60,364 nt of DNA from an uncultured Sulfolobales archaeon. GTDB taxonomy: Archaea; Thermoproteota; Thermoprotei_A; Sulfolobales; NBVN01. A model generated the notes under the pieces. The model did not search any database, had not been told where the DNA came from, and saw nothing but the letters and a program-made list of their open reading frames with translations. The position numbers were made by a program, and so were the translations under genes. The stretch covers positions 1-60,364 of the forward strand of contig CALKCU010000002.1 of the NCBI GenBank assembly GCA_938083005.1. The letters run 5' to 3'. Below are positions 48,232 through 57,990 of the stretch, piece after piece (within the stretch, counting starts at the first letter, position 1; the number at the start of each line of letters is the position of its first letter).

Positions 48232-49455
48232 ATGACCATTCGAGTGGGTATAATCGGCCAGGGGTACGTAGCTTCGACGTTGGCCCTGGGGCTAGCGAGG
48301 ATTAAGGAGGGAGAGATAGGGCTCAACGGGATTCCGCTCCAGGATTTCACTAAGAGCTACTCCGTTAACGACATAGAGATAGCGTCTAGCGTCGACGTCG
48401 ATGCCGCTAAGATAGGCTCCACACTACTCGACGTAGTCAGGACGTACTTCCCCGCGGTCAACAAGGTCTACGAGCCTCTAGAGAGAGTCAGAGTCGCGCC
48501 GGGCCTGCACCTCGGGAGTGCGAGGAACCTCCCGATAAAGGCCGTCGGGCTAGAGGAGGAGTACGGTCTGGAGGACGCCGTTCACAAAATCGTAGACCAC
48601 TGGGAGAAGAGCGAGGTAGACGTGCTAATCAACCTGATAACGACGGAGTATACCGAGCCCCCGAAGAGCTTCGAGCAGCTGCGCGAGTGGGTGAGGTCCG
48701 GAGAGTTCAAAAACCTCCCGGCCACCTACGCTTACGTGTACGCGGCAGCCATCTACGCCGAGACCGTTAAGCCCGTCGCGTACGTGAACGCTATCCCAGC
48801 CACCGTGGCCAGGAGCACGGCTATAGTCAAAGCCTTCGAGGAGAGGAGCAGCCTTGTCCTGGGAGACGACGGAGCTAGCGGCGCTACGCCCCTCACTAGC
48901 GACATCCTGGAGTACCTCGCCGAGAGGAGCAGAGTCCCCAGAGGAGTGGTCCAGTTCAACATTGGCGGAAATCTCGACTTCCTGGCGCTCCTCGATGAGA
49001 GGAGAAGCAAGGCTAAGGAGAAGACCAAGAGCTCCGTGGTGTCGGACGTACTCGGCTTTGAGGTCCCGAACTTCATAAAGCCAACGGGCTTCGTGGAGCA
49101 CCTGGGTGACAAGAAGTTCGTCTCCATGCACATAGAGTACGTCGGGTTCAACGAGTCCGTCGACGAGATCATCGTGAACGCCAGGATAAACGATAGCCCG
49201 GCCCTCGCCGGCCTCCTGGTGGACCTCGTCAGATTGGCCAAGGCGGCGCTCGACAGGGGGCTCAGGGGAACTATCTACGAGATCAACGCGTTCTACATGA
49301 AGAGCCCCGGTCCCGAGGGCTCGAGGTCTATATCCAGGATAGTGGCCTACCAGCTACTCCTGGACTGGCTCCTGAGGCTTGGCGAGCTGACCAGGGTACC
49401 CAGGTACAGCGTCCACAACTTCATACCGGAGCTCAAGAAGCTCTACGGACTATAG
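48232..49455 (+). CDS. ino1: myo-inositol-1-phosphate synthase
   Basis: GQGYVA, GDD..SG.T, QFNIGGN.DF, SK..TKS, GDKKF, NDSPAL. Confidence 0.9.
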   Translation: MTIRVGIIGQGYVASTLALGLARIKEGEIGLNGIPLQDFTKSYSVNDIEIASSVDVDAAKIGSTLLDVVRTYFPAVNKVYEPLERVRVAPGLHLGSARNLPIKAVGLEEEYGLEDAVHKIVDHWEKSEVDVLINLITTEYTEPPKSFEQLREWVRSGEFKNLPATYAYVYAAAIYAETVKPVAYVNAIPATVARSTAIVKAFEERSSLVLGDDGASGATPLTSDILEYLAERSRVPRGVVQFNIGGNLDFLALLDERRSKAKEKTKSSVVSDVLGFEVPNFIKPTGFVEHLGDKKFVSMHIEYVGFNESVDEIIVNARINDSPALAGLLVDLVRLAKAALDRGLRGTIYEINAFYMKSPGPEGSRSISRIVAYQLLLDWLLRLGELTRVPRYSVHNFIPELKKLYGL

Positions 49456-49456
49456 C

Positions 49457-50200
49457 ATGCTGCGGAGGGCCGTAGTCCTCGCAGCCGGCCTAGGGGAGAG
49501 GTTCAGAGGTAGCGAGCACAAGCTACTCGCGAGGATATCCGGGCACCACCTCATAGAGTACCCCATAAGGAGCATCGCCGCGGCTGGGATATCGAGGTTC
49601 CTAGTAGTGACCAATAGCATCCTACTTGAGAAGCTGAGCCGCGTCGTAACTGAGCTGGAGAGGGAGCTCGGCCTAGAGGTAGGGTTCGTAATCAACGACG
49701 ATGTTGAGAAGGGTAATGCTCGCTCCCTGCTCCTGGGACTGGCTAGCTCCCGCGAGCCGGTGTCCCTGGTAACGGTAGCTGACCACGTCTACCCCTCAAC
49801 TCTCGTAGCCAGGCTCGTGAGGGGGTACGGCGAAGCCCCCCTGGCGATAGCCGGGGACAGAGAGCCTGTCCACGTAGACATCGCTGAGGCCACGCTGGTG
49901 AAGGTGAGCGAGAGCGGTGTGATAGAGAGGATAGGCAAGAACCTCGATCGGTGGGACTACGTCGACACGGGTCTGCACGTCGTCTCCGCTAGCCTGCTGG
50001 ACTACGTCGAGCGCTGCGGATCTGAGGGGGAGATGTCCGCTCTGTACGAGTGCTTCTCCAGATCGACACGCGGGAGCGTCGTCGTGGACGTCACCGGGGA
50101 CGTGTGGAAGGACGTCGACACATGGGAGGACTACCTACGCTTGGTGGAGGGTAGAAACGGGGTTGTCGCCCTCCGCGCTATAGAGAGCTGGAGGGTGTAG
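49457..50200 (+). CDS. NTP transferase, probably inositol-1-phosphate cytidylyltransferase (IPCT)
   Basis: LAAGLGERF, GN..SL, DH, D..EAT.V, DTG, W.DVDT; immediately after ino1. Confidence 0.8.
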   Translation: MLRRAVVLAAGLGERFRGSEHKLLARISGHHLIEYPIRSIAAAGISRFLVVTNSILLEKLSRVVTELERELGLEVGFVINDDVEKGNARSLLLGLASSREPVSLVTVADHVYPSTLVARLVRGYGEAPLAIAGDREPVHVDIAEATLVKVSESGVIERIGKNLDRWDYVDTGLHVVSASLLDYVERCGSEGEMSALYECFSRSTRGSVVVDVTGDVWKDVDTWEDYLRLVEGRNGVVALRAIESWRV

Positions 50201-50222
50201 CGGGGACCGCTAGCCAGACCAC

Positions 50223-50828
50223 TTACTGAGCTCGAAGCCTTATCGACCTCCACGGCCTGTAGCATAGCGAGTACCAAAGCCTCTCCACTCTCCGCGCGTT
50301 GGGCTTAGCGCCGAGGGCGGCCAGCACGTCCTCGAACCCCGCTCCGATCTCCTTCACGAGGGCCAGGTCGTCCTCGTAGCTGCAGGTAAGCTTCGTGAGG
50401 AGGTCCCCGCACTCCTCCTCAATGGAGTGCAGAGGCACTTCTCTGTAGCCCATGCTATAGAAGAGACGCCTCGAGCCGAGGTTCTCGACCCTGGTGGTGG
50501 CTAGAACTACGTCTGCGCCCTCCTCCTCCAGCACGTGCTCAGCGGAGGCCACGAGCACTCTGCCTACCCCCCTCCTCCTATAGCCCTCCCCGACTACCAC
50601 GTAGTATATCACTCCAAGGACGTAGCTGGGGTCTAGCCCTACGGAGTAGAAGAGTACCGCTCCCAGAGGTATCCGCGAGTACGCTACAAGGCCGCGGCAT
50701 ACCCCCTGGTTAAGGCACTCCACGGCATAGCGCGCTTGCCACGCTCCCATCCCCTCCTCGACGAGGCTGACCAGCTCGGATGCCGTGCGGCTATCCGGTT
50801 CGACTACGAGCAGGGTCTCCTGGCTCAC
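50223..50828 (-). CDS. GNAT N-acetyltransferase
   Basis: YVVV...YRRRGVG acetyl-CoA motif, N..S..LF...GY; start set to GTG 50828, overlapping the upstream TGA. Confidence 0.85.
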   Translation of the reverse strand: MSQETLLVVEPDSRTASELVSLVEEGMGAWQARYAVECLNQGVCRGLVAYSRIPLGAVLFYSVGLDPSYVLGVIYYVVVGEGYRRRGVGRVLVASAEHVLEEEGADVVLATTRVENLGSRRLFYSMGYREVPLHSIEEECGDLLTKLTCSYEDDLALVKEIGAGFEDVLAALGAKPNARRVERLWYSLCYRPWRSIRLRAQ

Positions 50829-51187
50829 CCGGGCACCTCCCCCCGGTACGTAAAGCCCGCCCTGTAGGTCCTGGGCTTCAGGGAGTCGAGGATCCTCTCG
50901 AAGATCCTCGAGGGGTCGCGGTCCCCCGCTACGAGTATGTCGACAGTAGCATACCTGTACTCCACCCACGTATGAACGACCGTATGCGCTCCCTCGAGGA
51001 TGACGATGACCGAGACTCCCCCCTTCTTGCCCCCGAAGCTCCAGGACTTCACGTCTACCGGCTTCAGTCCCTCGCTCTCGAGGGCCTCCAGAATCGCGCC
51101 GACGAGCCCCCTCTCGTCTGCTAGCAGCCTCGGGTCCACGTCGTAGAGGTTGGCGTAGAGGTGCTTGCACGCGGGCGGGTAGCCCAA
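50825..51187 (-). CDS. S-adenosylmethionine/arginine decarboxylase (SpeD/SpeH) proenzyme homologue lacking the pyruvoyl-forming Ser
   Basis: KH...NLY, WSFGGKKGGVSV, HTW.EY.YAT.D; but LEGAH replaces EESH and DILVAG replaces DVYTCG. Confidence 0.85.
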   Translation of the reverse strand: MGYPPACKHLYANLYDVDPRLLADERGLVGAILEALESEGLKPVDVKSWSFGGKKGGVSVIVILEGAHTVVHTWVEYRYATVDILVAGDRDPSRIFERILDSLKPRTYRAGFTYRGEVPG

Positions 51188-51198
51188 CGTTCCGACCC

Positions 51199-51675
51199 CT
51201 AACGCTCGGTAGCGTTCGTCCCGGCTCCCTCCCTTCTCTTAAGGATCGCGTAGAGGGCTAAAGCTATGACCGCCTGCGGTGGGGCATCCACCGGCAGCTC
51301 GGGAATCGAGATAGCCTCGGCCGGTAGCTCACTCCTCCCGTGTTCCTCCCCGGAGAGAACCAGAGCACACCTCGGGCCTTTCAGGTCGAGCTCGTCCAGC
51401 CTCCGCAGGTCGTGCCGCCCGGGCAGCACCGCGTACACCTCGTCGAATCTGAAAAGCTCGAGAACCTCCTTAACGCTCGGCAACACTACCAGGGGCTTGC
51501 CATACCTAAGGGCTACCCTGTAGGCCTCGGGTACACCGATCTGGGACGCCAGGCCCGTGGACTTCACCACTATGAACGCATCGACATCGAGCCCCCTGAA
51601 CCCGTACGCGACCCTGACGGACTCCACAAGCCTATGGGGAGAGGAGACTCCAGAAAGCACGATCGAGATCCGCAG
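51199..51675 (-). CDS. Conserved crenarchaeal protein (DUF2122 / SpoU-like, often annotated 'RecB-family nuclease')
   Basis: VSS..RLV, K.TG.A.Q.GVPE..R.A...GK; probable CTG start at 51675 after GGAGG, otherwise GTG 51660. Confidence 0.65.
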   Translation of the reverse strand: MRISIVLSGVSSPHRLVESVRVAYGFRGLDVDAFIVVKSTGLASQIGVPEAYRVALRYGKPLVVLPSVKEVLELFRFDEVYAVLPGRHDLRRLDELDLKGPRCALVLSGEEHGRSELPAEAISIPELPVDAPPQAVIALALYAILKRREGAGTNATER

Positions 51676-51685
51676 GGTCCTCCCC

Positions 51686-52855
51686 CTATATGCTCATCCG
51701 CGGCTCGGGCCTGCTCCCTCTGCCCTTGAACCTGGCGACAGTGTACTTGTCGAGGGCCTGGAGGAAGTCCCCCATCGTGACCGTCTCCGCGTTCCGCCTT
51801 ATGGCGTTATACCCGGCCTCCGTGCACAGGTTCTTGATGTCGGCTCCGCAGAACCCCTCAGTCATCTCCGCTAGCTTCCGGAGGTCCACGTCGTCCGCGA
51901 GAGCCATCCTGGACGTGTGTATCTTGAATATCTCGTACCTCCCCGAAACGTCCGGTGGCGGCACCTCTATCAGTCTGTCGAACCTGCCAGGCCTCAGGAG
52001 GGCCGGGTCCACGACGTCCAACCTGTTCGTGGCGGCCATGACCTTCACTCTGTCGAGGGGGTCGAAGCCGTCTATCTCCACGAGGAGCTGCGAGAGCGTC
52101 CTGTGTATCTCCCGCTCCCCGGAGGTACCGACGTCAACCCTCCTAGCGGCGATAGCGTCGAGCTCGTCGATGAAGACTATCGCTGGGGCCTTGCGTCTGG
52201 CCAACCTGAAGACCTCTCTGACGATCCTGGCCCCCTCGCCCACGAACTTCTGGGCCAGCTCCGATGCTGCGAGCCTAATGAACGTAGCGTTGACCTCTCC
52301 GGCCACAGCCTTGGCTAGAAGGGTCTTACCACATCCCGGGGGGCCGTGAAGCAGGACCCCCTTCGGCGGCTCGACGCCCAGCTTGGAGAAAAGCTCGGGC
52401 GCTCTGAGAGGGAGCTCTACGACCTCCCTCAGCTCCCTTATCTGCTCGTGCAGCCCCCCCACGTCTTTGAACCTCACTTTCGGCCTCTCGTCTACCTCCA
52501 TGGCCCTTACGTAGTAGTCCTCCACTATCGGGAGCACTTCGACTATCGTTGACCCTCGCTGATTCAGCGCCACGTGGACTCCGGGCTTCAGCTTCGACGG
52601 GTCCACGGTGCCGCTCACGTTTACGACTAGGGTAGGCCCCGCGCTACTCCTGACGATGGCCCTCCCGTCGTCCATGAGCTCCAGCAGTACCGCCTCCACC
52701 AGCGGAGCCGCCAGGAGCTTGTCTATCTCCCCCTTGTAGTAGTTGAGCTCCCTCCTTAGGAACTCGACCTCGGCCTCTAGCTGCTGTACCCTATCCTCTA
52801 GGTACCTGACGTACTCGAAGATGTTGCCCCTCTTCTCACTGCCCGCATAGCTCAA
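51686..52855 (-). CDS. pan: Proteasome-activating nucleotidase
   Basis: Coiled coil, OB domain, [27 protein letters not shown]. Confidence 0.95.
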   Translation of the reverse strand: MSYAGSEKRGNIFEYVRYLEDRVQQLEAEVEFLRRELNYYKGEIDKLLAAPLVEAVLLELMDDGRAIVRSSAGPTLVVNVSGTVDPSKLKPGVHVALNQRGSTIVEVLPIVEDYYVRAMEVDERPKVRFKDVGGLHEQIRELREVVELPLRAPELFSKLGVEPPKGVLLHGPPGCGKTLLAKAVAGEVNATFIRLAASELAQKFVGEGARIVREVFRLARRKAPAIVFIDELDAIAARRVDVGTSGEREIHRTLSQLLVEIDGFDPLDRVKVMAATNRLDVVDPALLRPGRFDRLIEVPPPDVSGRYEIFKIHTSRMALADDVDLRKLAEMTEGFCGADIKNLCTEAGYNAIRRNAETVTMGDFLQALDKYTVARFKGRGSRPEPRMSI

Positions 52856-53074
52856 GCGCTTCGCACCGTAGTCGTACTAGCTACGAGAACTTATTAAGGG
52901 TGGGGGGTAGCCGGTGTTCAAACGTAGTGCCGCTCAGCGCGGCTGGGACTACCGGGAGGACCGGAAAGAGCTGCCTCTCTACTTCAGCGGGACTGCCCGG
53001 TACTACTAAGTTAACGGAGGCCCTCGGGCCCCCCGATCTCCTCGGAGCGCGCTGCGACGAGGACGCTCTCGAAC

Positions 53075-53929
53075 TTACACCATAGAAAGCGCTATCCCCG
53101 AGGAGACGAGTAGGGCTCCCGCCAGCTGCTTTAGCCCAGGTCTCTCCCCGGCGACGAGTCTGACCAGCGCCTGAGACAGGACGGGCGTGAGGGCCGTGGC
53201 CACGACTGTGGCCGACACCCCGATGGCTCCTATCGAGTAGATGAAGAGGTACATCCCGGCTCCCCAGCTTAGAGCTCCAGTTAGCGACGAGACTGCCAGG
53301 AACGTGCTCAAGCGGGTCCTCCCAGGAGGACCCTCAAGCGCGAACCCTATCGGGAGAAAGGTGGCAGCTACCATGAGAAGTCGGACGAGAGTCAATGAGA
53401 GAGCGCCGGTGCAGGCCAGGGCGATCCCTATCGTAACGGTGCTCACACCCCATAGCAGGGCCGCGGTTGCGGCGTACGCTAAACCTCTCGGGTCTAGTCT
53501 CGGGCCTTCCCTCTCTCCCAGCACTGACACCGCTATCCCGAGGAGCGCGGTAATAGAGCCTAGCGTCACTGTATATCGGAAGGGCTCCCCTAGAGTCAGG
53601 ACCGACAGCGCCTGGGCGACGAAGATGTAAGTGTAGCTTACCGATACAGCAACCGAGCTCCCCACGAGCTGTATGGACCTGGTGTAGAAGGCGTTGCCCA
53701 GCCCCGGTCCGGTGATGGCAGATAGGTATATCACCGGTACGGCGTAGAGGGGGACGCTCCACACGTCGGCTTCGCTCAGAAGCGCTACGGGGAGTAGGGA
53801 CAGGAGCGCGAACACAGCCTGCGCCGCGGTGAACACTACGGGCTTTATGAAGCTCCTGAACCTAGACACTACGGCCGGGTTCAGGCTCCACAGCAGCGAC
53901 GCGACCAGTATCGCGGCGTACCCCAGCAT
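53075..53929 (-). CDS. DMT/EamA family transporter
   Basis: Two EamA repeats, each ending in LGE/GE.P; about 10 TM helices. Confidence 0.85.
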   Translation of the reverse strand: MLGYAAILVASLLWSLNPAVVSRFRSFIKPVVFTAAQAVFALLSLLPVALLSEADVWSVPLYAVPVIYLSAITGPGLGNAFYTRSIQLVGSSVAVSVSYTYIFVAQALSVLTLGEPFRYTVTLGSITALLGIAVSVLGEREGPRLDPRGLAYAATAALLWGVSTVTIGIALACTGALSLTLVRLLMVAATFLPIGFALEGPPGRTRLSTFLAVSSLTGALSWGAGMYLFIYSIGAIGVSATVVATALTPVLSQALVRLVAGERPGLKQLAGALLVSSGIALSMV

Positions 53930-54039
53930 TACGGCTCCTACTCGGTATCGGAGGTCCCAACTAAAAGCGTAGGCAGCGCGCTCGGAGGGGGGCTCGCGCT
54001 ATTATGCTTTGCGGGAGCGTCGGCTGGGTGGAGCCCTCA

Positions 54040-54798
54040 GTGAGCATCCTCGTAGACTCGCACGTCCACCTCCATGAGTACGGGGACGGCTGGAGGAGCT
54101 ACTGCGATGGGAGGTACCTGATGCTGGCCGTCTCCGACGACGCGGACTCCAGCGTCGTAACGGTCCGGCTGGGGAGGGAGTGCGCCCACGTCGTCCCGGC
54201 TGTCGGGGTCCATCCCTGGAACGCGGCTAGGGTCGACGTGAGCGAAACGCTCAGGACCGTCGAGAGGCTCGTGGTGGAGCACGGAATCCGGTTCCTGGGC
54301 GAGGTGGGGCTCGACAGGGCCTTCCACCCGGAGACGTTCGACGTTCAGCTGAGGCTCTTCGAGGGTTTTCTCAGAATAGCGTCGGACTACGGGCTCGGCC
54401 TGAGCGTCCACGCGGCCGGAGCATGGAGGGAGGCCTTCGAAATGCTCAGAAGGTACCGGATTCCAGCGGCCGTCTTCCACTGGTACACGGGACCCCCAGA
54501 TCTCCTTGAAGAGATAGTGGCTGAGGGCTACTTCATCGGGATAAACCCAGCCCTCTTGGTTCAGAAAAAGCACGAGGCCGTACTCGAGAGGTCGCCCCTG
54601 GATTCCGTGCTCACGGAATCGGACGGTCCCTATAGCTATAGGGGGCTGACTCTCGGTCCCGAGATGCTCAGGAGGCTCCTGGAGAGGATCTCCGAGATTA
54701 AGTCCGTGGACGTGGACGAGGTCTCGAAGAGGGTGGCCGAGAACTTCGGGAGGCTTCTCTCCTCGGTCGGGCTCCGGAGCGGAGTCTCCCCTCGATAA
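54040..54798 (+). CDS. tatD: TatD family nuclease
   Basis: DSHVH, GVHPW, GEVGLD, FHWY, TESDGP. Confidence 0.92.
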   Translation: MSILVDSHVHLHEYGDGWRSYCDGRYLMLAVSDDADSSVVTVRLGRECAHVVPAVGVHPWNAARVDVSETLRTVERLVVEHGIRFLGEVGLDRAFHPETFDVQLRLFEGFLRIASDYGLGLSVHAAGAWREAFEMLRRYRIPAAVFHWYTGPPDLLEEIVAEGYFIGINPALLVQKKHEAVLERSPLDSVLTESDGPYSYRGLTLGPEMLRRLLERISEIKSVDVDEVSKRVAENFGRLLSSVGLRSGVSPR

Positions 54799-54907
54799 AC
54801 CGGTCGGCAAGTCTCGATGTAGAATCGCTTATAAGCCCCTAGCTAGACGCGGAGGAGACCTTGGGTCATGCTTATTTCTGGCACCTTCACAGCATGGGGG
54901 CGAAGCC

Positions 54908-55513
54908 ATGAGCGCTCGAGGGACGAGGTTCCCGGGGTTCCCCGGAGGGCTTCTGGAGCTGTCCCTAGGTGCTACTCTGACGGCCCTATCGCTGGTGCTC
55001 CACCTCTTCAAGCTCCCGTACCCCCCCGTTTCGTTCCTCAAGTTCGACGGGATGGGGATAGCTCTAGCAGCGCTCGCTCTCTACTCGCTGAGGACCTCGG
55101 TAGCCGCTCTACCGATAGTCTTCGTGGGGCTCCAGCTGATGGGCGCGGACTTCGTCGGCGCAGGCATGAAGGTGATCGCCGAGACCTCCACCTTCGTGCC
55201 CCTAGTTTACGGGTACAGGTGGGTCGGCTCGAGGAGAAGCCCGGTGTACTACTCCCTGCCGATAGCCCTGGGGATGGTGAGCAGGACCCTCGTCATGTCT
55301 CTCTGCAACTACCTAGTCACGCCGCACTGGCTCGTCCTGATCGGGTTCAGCTTCGAGAAGGCGTACGCGATGACGATCGGTCTGCTCCCGCACGTCGCGA
55401 TCTTCAACCTGATAGCCGCCTCGTACGTCGGAGCGCTGAGCATCGGCGTATTCAAGGTAATCTCGAAGACCTTCGGCGCCGAGACCCTGGGGAGGGTGCT
55501 CCAACCGCGGTAG
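54908..55513 (+). CDS. ECF transporter S component (RibU/PanT-like)
   Basis: P.PP..FLKFD, R...M...NY...P, FN.I; hydrophobic; upstream of the ATPase and T genes. Confidence 0.8.
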   Translation: MSARGTRFPGFPGGLLELSLGATLTALSLVLHLFKLPYPPVSFLKFDGMGIALAALALYSLRTSVAALPIVFVGLQLMGADFVGAGMKVIAETSTFVPLVYGYRWVGSRRSPVYYSLPIALGMVSRTLVMSLCNYLVTPHWLVLIGFSFEKAYAMTIGLLPHVAIFNLIAASYVGALSIGVFKVISKTFGAETLGRVLQPR

Positions 55514-55527
55514 CGACGGGAACGCTG

Positions 55528-56997
55528 TTGGAGAGCCTGCCGACCGATGCTCTTCTGGTGGCCAGAGACCTGTGGTTCAGGTACCCCTCCTCGGATTGGG
55601 TGCTACGGGGCGTCAGCTTGTCCGTGGGCCGCGGAGAGCTCGTCCTGGTCCTGGGCGCGAGCGGCTCAGGGAAGACTACCCTATTGAGAGCCCTCACGGG
55701 GATCGGAATCTGGGTCTACGGCGGTCAGATGAGGGGCGAGGTCCTGATCGGCGGGAGGAGCGTTCAGGACATGACCCTCGAGGAGTTGCGGAAAGCCGTA
55801 CAGGTGGTGAACCAGAACGCGTACACGCACTTCTTGGAGCACACTGTAGGGCTGGACCTCTACTACAGCTCTACGGCGATACACGGCCCCGAGAGAGGGG
55901 AGAGGGTGTTCAGGAAAGCGGTGAGCGCTTTCAAGCTCGAGGGTGTGCTCAGCAAGAGGTTCTTCGAGCTGTCCGGAGGTCAGCTGAGGAGAGCTGCCAT
56001 AGCCAAGGCGATGCTCTGGGACCCCCAGGTGGTGATCCTCGACGAGCCGCTGATGTGGCTGGATGACGAGGGGCTGGGGGAGCTCAGGGAAGTCCTGGTC
56101 ACGCTAAAGTCCATGGGTAGGGTTCTCCTGGTTTTCGAGCACAGGTTCCTAGGCTTGCTGGACCTCGCTAGCAGAGTGTACGTGCTGAGAGGAGGGACCT
56201 TAAGCTCCGTGGAGCACGGAGAGCTCAGGCATCCGAGGAAGGCTCCCGCACTCCACCGCGGCCCCGAGCCGAGTCCCGGTGCGGCTGCTGGAGGCGTCAA
56301 GCCGATGCTGAGGGCTGACAACCTCTGGTTCAGATACGAGAAAGATGGGGAGTGGCTCCTCAGGGGGGTAGACCTCGCCGTGGAGAACCCGGGGGAATCT
56401 CTAATAGTCTTCGGCCAAAACGGGAGTGGTAAGTCGACCCTACTCAAGCTGCTGGCCGGGTACCTGACCCCCGAGAGGGGAAGGGTTTGGAAGACCCCCA
56501 GAGTAAGGACGGTCTACGTCCCGCAGAACGTCTACCTCTTCTTCACGGAAGAGAGCCTGAGAAGGGAGCTGGAGGTCGTCTGTCCCAGGCGGAGGAGCGA
56601 GTGCTTGGAGAGAGGCCTCGCGACCCTGAAGAGCCTGGGAGCCGACCTGGACGTGGAGGCGTCCCCCTTTAACCTCTCCTGGGGCCAAGCGGTGAGGGCC
56701 GCCATCTCCATCGCTACGTCCGCCGGGAACGACGCGGTCCTCCTGCTCGACGAACCCTTTACGGGTTTGACGTACGCCGACAGACTCTCCCTAGCCAAGC
56801 TCCTCGCGAGAATGGAAGTCCCCAAGATCCTTACGGTCAGCAACAGAGAGACCCTATCGCTGCTGTCTCCGCTGTCCACGGTAAGAGTCTACGAGCTCAG
56901 GGAGGGTCGCCTGTCTGCTATAAAGCCTGAGGCGGATCCCGAAGCTATCAGCGCTGCCGAGAGGTGTAGAGAGCTGGGAGTATACGGTGTGACCTGA
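55528..56997 (+). CDS. ECF transporter ATPase with tandem NBDs
   Basis: GASGSGKT/LSGGQ/LDEP and GQNGSGKST/LSWGQ/LDEP; start set to TTG 55528. Confidence 0.88.
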   Translation: MESLPTDALLVARDLWFRYPSSDWVLRGVSLSVGRGELVLVLGASGSGKTTLLRALTGIGIWVYGGQMRGEVLIGGRSVQDMTLEELRKAVQVVNQNAYTHFLEHTVGLDLYYSSTAIHGPERGERVFRKAVSAFKLEGVLSKRFFELSGGQLRRAAIAKAMLWDPQVVILDEPLMWLDDEGLGELREVLVTLKSMGRVLLVFEHRFLGLLDLASRVYVLRGGTLSSVEHGELRHPRKAPALHRGPEPSPGAAAGGVKPMLRADNLWFRYEKDGEWLLRGVDLAVENPGESLIVFGQNGSGKSTLLKLLAGYLTPERGRVWKTPRVRTVYVPQNVYLFFTEESLRRELEVVCPRRRSECLERGLATLKSLGADLDVEASPFNLSWGQAVRAAISIATSAGNDAVLLLDEPFTGLTYADRLSLAKLLARMEVPKILTVSNRETLSLLSPLSTVRVYELREGRLSAIKPEADPEAISAAERCRELGVYGVT

Positions 56998-57707
56998 TGT
57001 CGCTCCTCAGAGACTTCGCCTACGCGTTCCTGGTTTCGGAGAAGGCTGGGAGGTTCGGGTTAGTGGCTAGGCTTCTCGCTCCCCTGCTTGTCCTCCTATC
57101 GCTAACCCTCCCCTACGTGATCCCGGGGACCAGGACACCGCTGTCTCAGACCGTGAGCGCCCTGGTCTACGAGGCGCTCCTCGCGACCTACCTGATCGGA
57201 TCCAGGAGGCTGCTGGGAGTGTTCAGACTCGTCGGGTTCTTCCTGGTCCTCGGCTTTGCCCTGAACCTCTTCTCCGCGTTTCTGGGCTTCGAGCCCTCGG
57301 ACGCCGCCGTACTGGCCCTCGGGACCCTCCGCATGGCTGGCATAGTGATAGCCCTCACGCTCTTCTTCCAGCTATTAACCATAGGGGAGCTCAGGTTCCT
57401 GCTGCGAAGGCTGGGACTCGGGCGCTACTCAGAGCTGCTCTCCGTAGCGATGGCTCAGCTACCGACGACCTTCACATCGTTCTCGGAGGCGTACGTGGTG
57501 GCCAAGCTCAAGCTAGGAGGGAGGAGAGTGGCCTCGCTGGTTAAGCCCCTCGTAGTGGACTCGATACTAAACAGCAGGCAGATAGCCGAGGCCCTGTACA
57601 TCCACGGAATCCCCCCGGCTCCCAGGCCTAGGCTAGTCTCGAGGAGAGACCCGCTAATACTGGTCCCTGCGATCCTGGTGTTACTAGCCCATATGTTCCT
57701 GAGGTAG
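56997..57707 (+). CDS. ECF transporter T component (divergent)
   Basis: TM helices followed by a coupling-helix-like C-terminus (IAEAL..HG); operon position. Confidence 0.7.
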   Translation: MSLLRDFAYAFLVSEKAGRFGLVARLLAPLLVLLSLTLPYVIPGTRTPLSQTVSALVYEALLATYLIGSRRLLGVFRLVGFFLVLGFALNLFSAFLGFEPSDAAVLALGTLRMAGIVIALTLFFQLLTIGELRFLLRRLGLGRYSELLSVAMAQLPTTFTSFSEAYVVAKLKLGGRRVASLVKPLVVDSILNSRQIAEALYIHGIPPAPRPRLVSRRDPLILVPAILVLLAHMFLR

Positions 57708-57990
57708 TCACGTATAGCCCTGCTCGGCCTCGGGAAGCCGCGTTGAGTGGCCGTGCTCCAGGGAGCGGAGACCGCTTCTGCTTACGCTCGGCAGTCTCAC
57801 GCGCGCAGACGGCCGCCGGGGGGCCGGGCCATCTGGTACGTGGGATAAGAAACCCAAGGGGACGCGAGTATCGAGGGGAGAGCACGAAGCCTGGAGGAGC
57901 CTTTGGGAATACCTAGGACCGCGAGAGGGAGCCCGCACTACACGAGTGCGCCCAGGACGGTTGTGACGGTAATCACCGGGCGGGGTTTCT

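Noticed and set aside
50829-51170. 315-aa GNAT ORF or a SpeD-GNAT fusion
   Set aside because: The N-terminal part is an alternative frame of the speD-like gene. The GTGA overlap indicates two coupled genes.
54868-55527. 709-aa ATPase with a long N-terminal extension
   Set aside because: The extension is an off-frame shadow of the S-component gene. The ATPase plausibly starts at TTG 55528.
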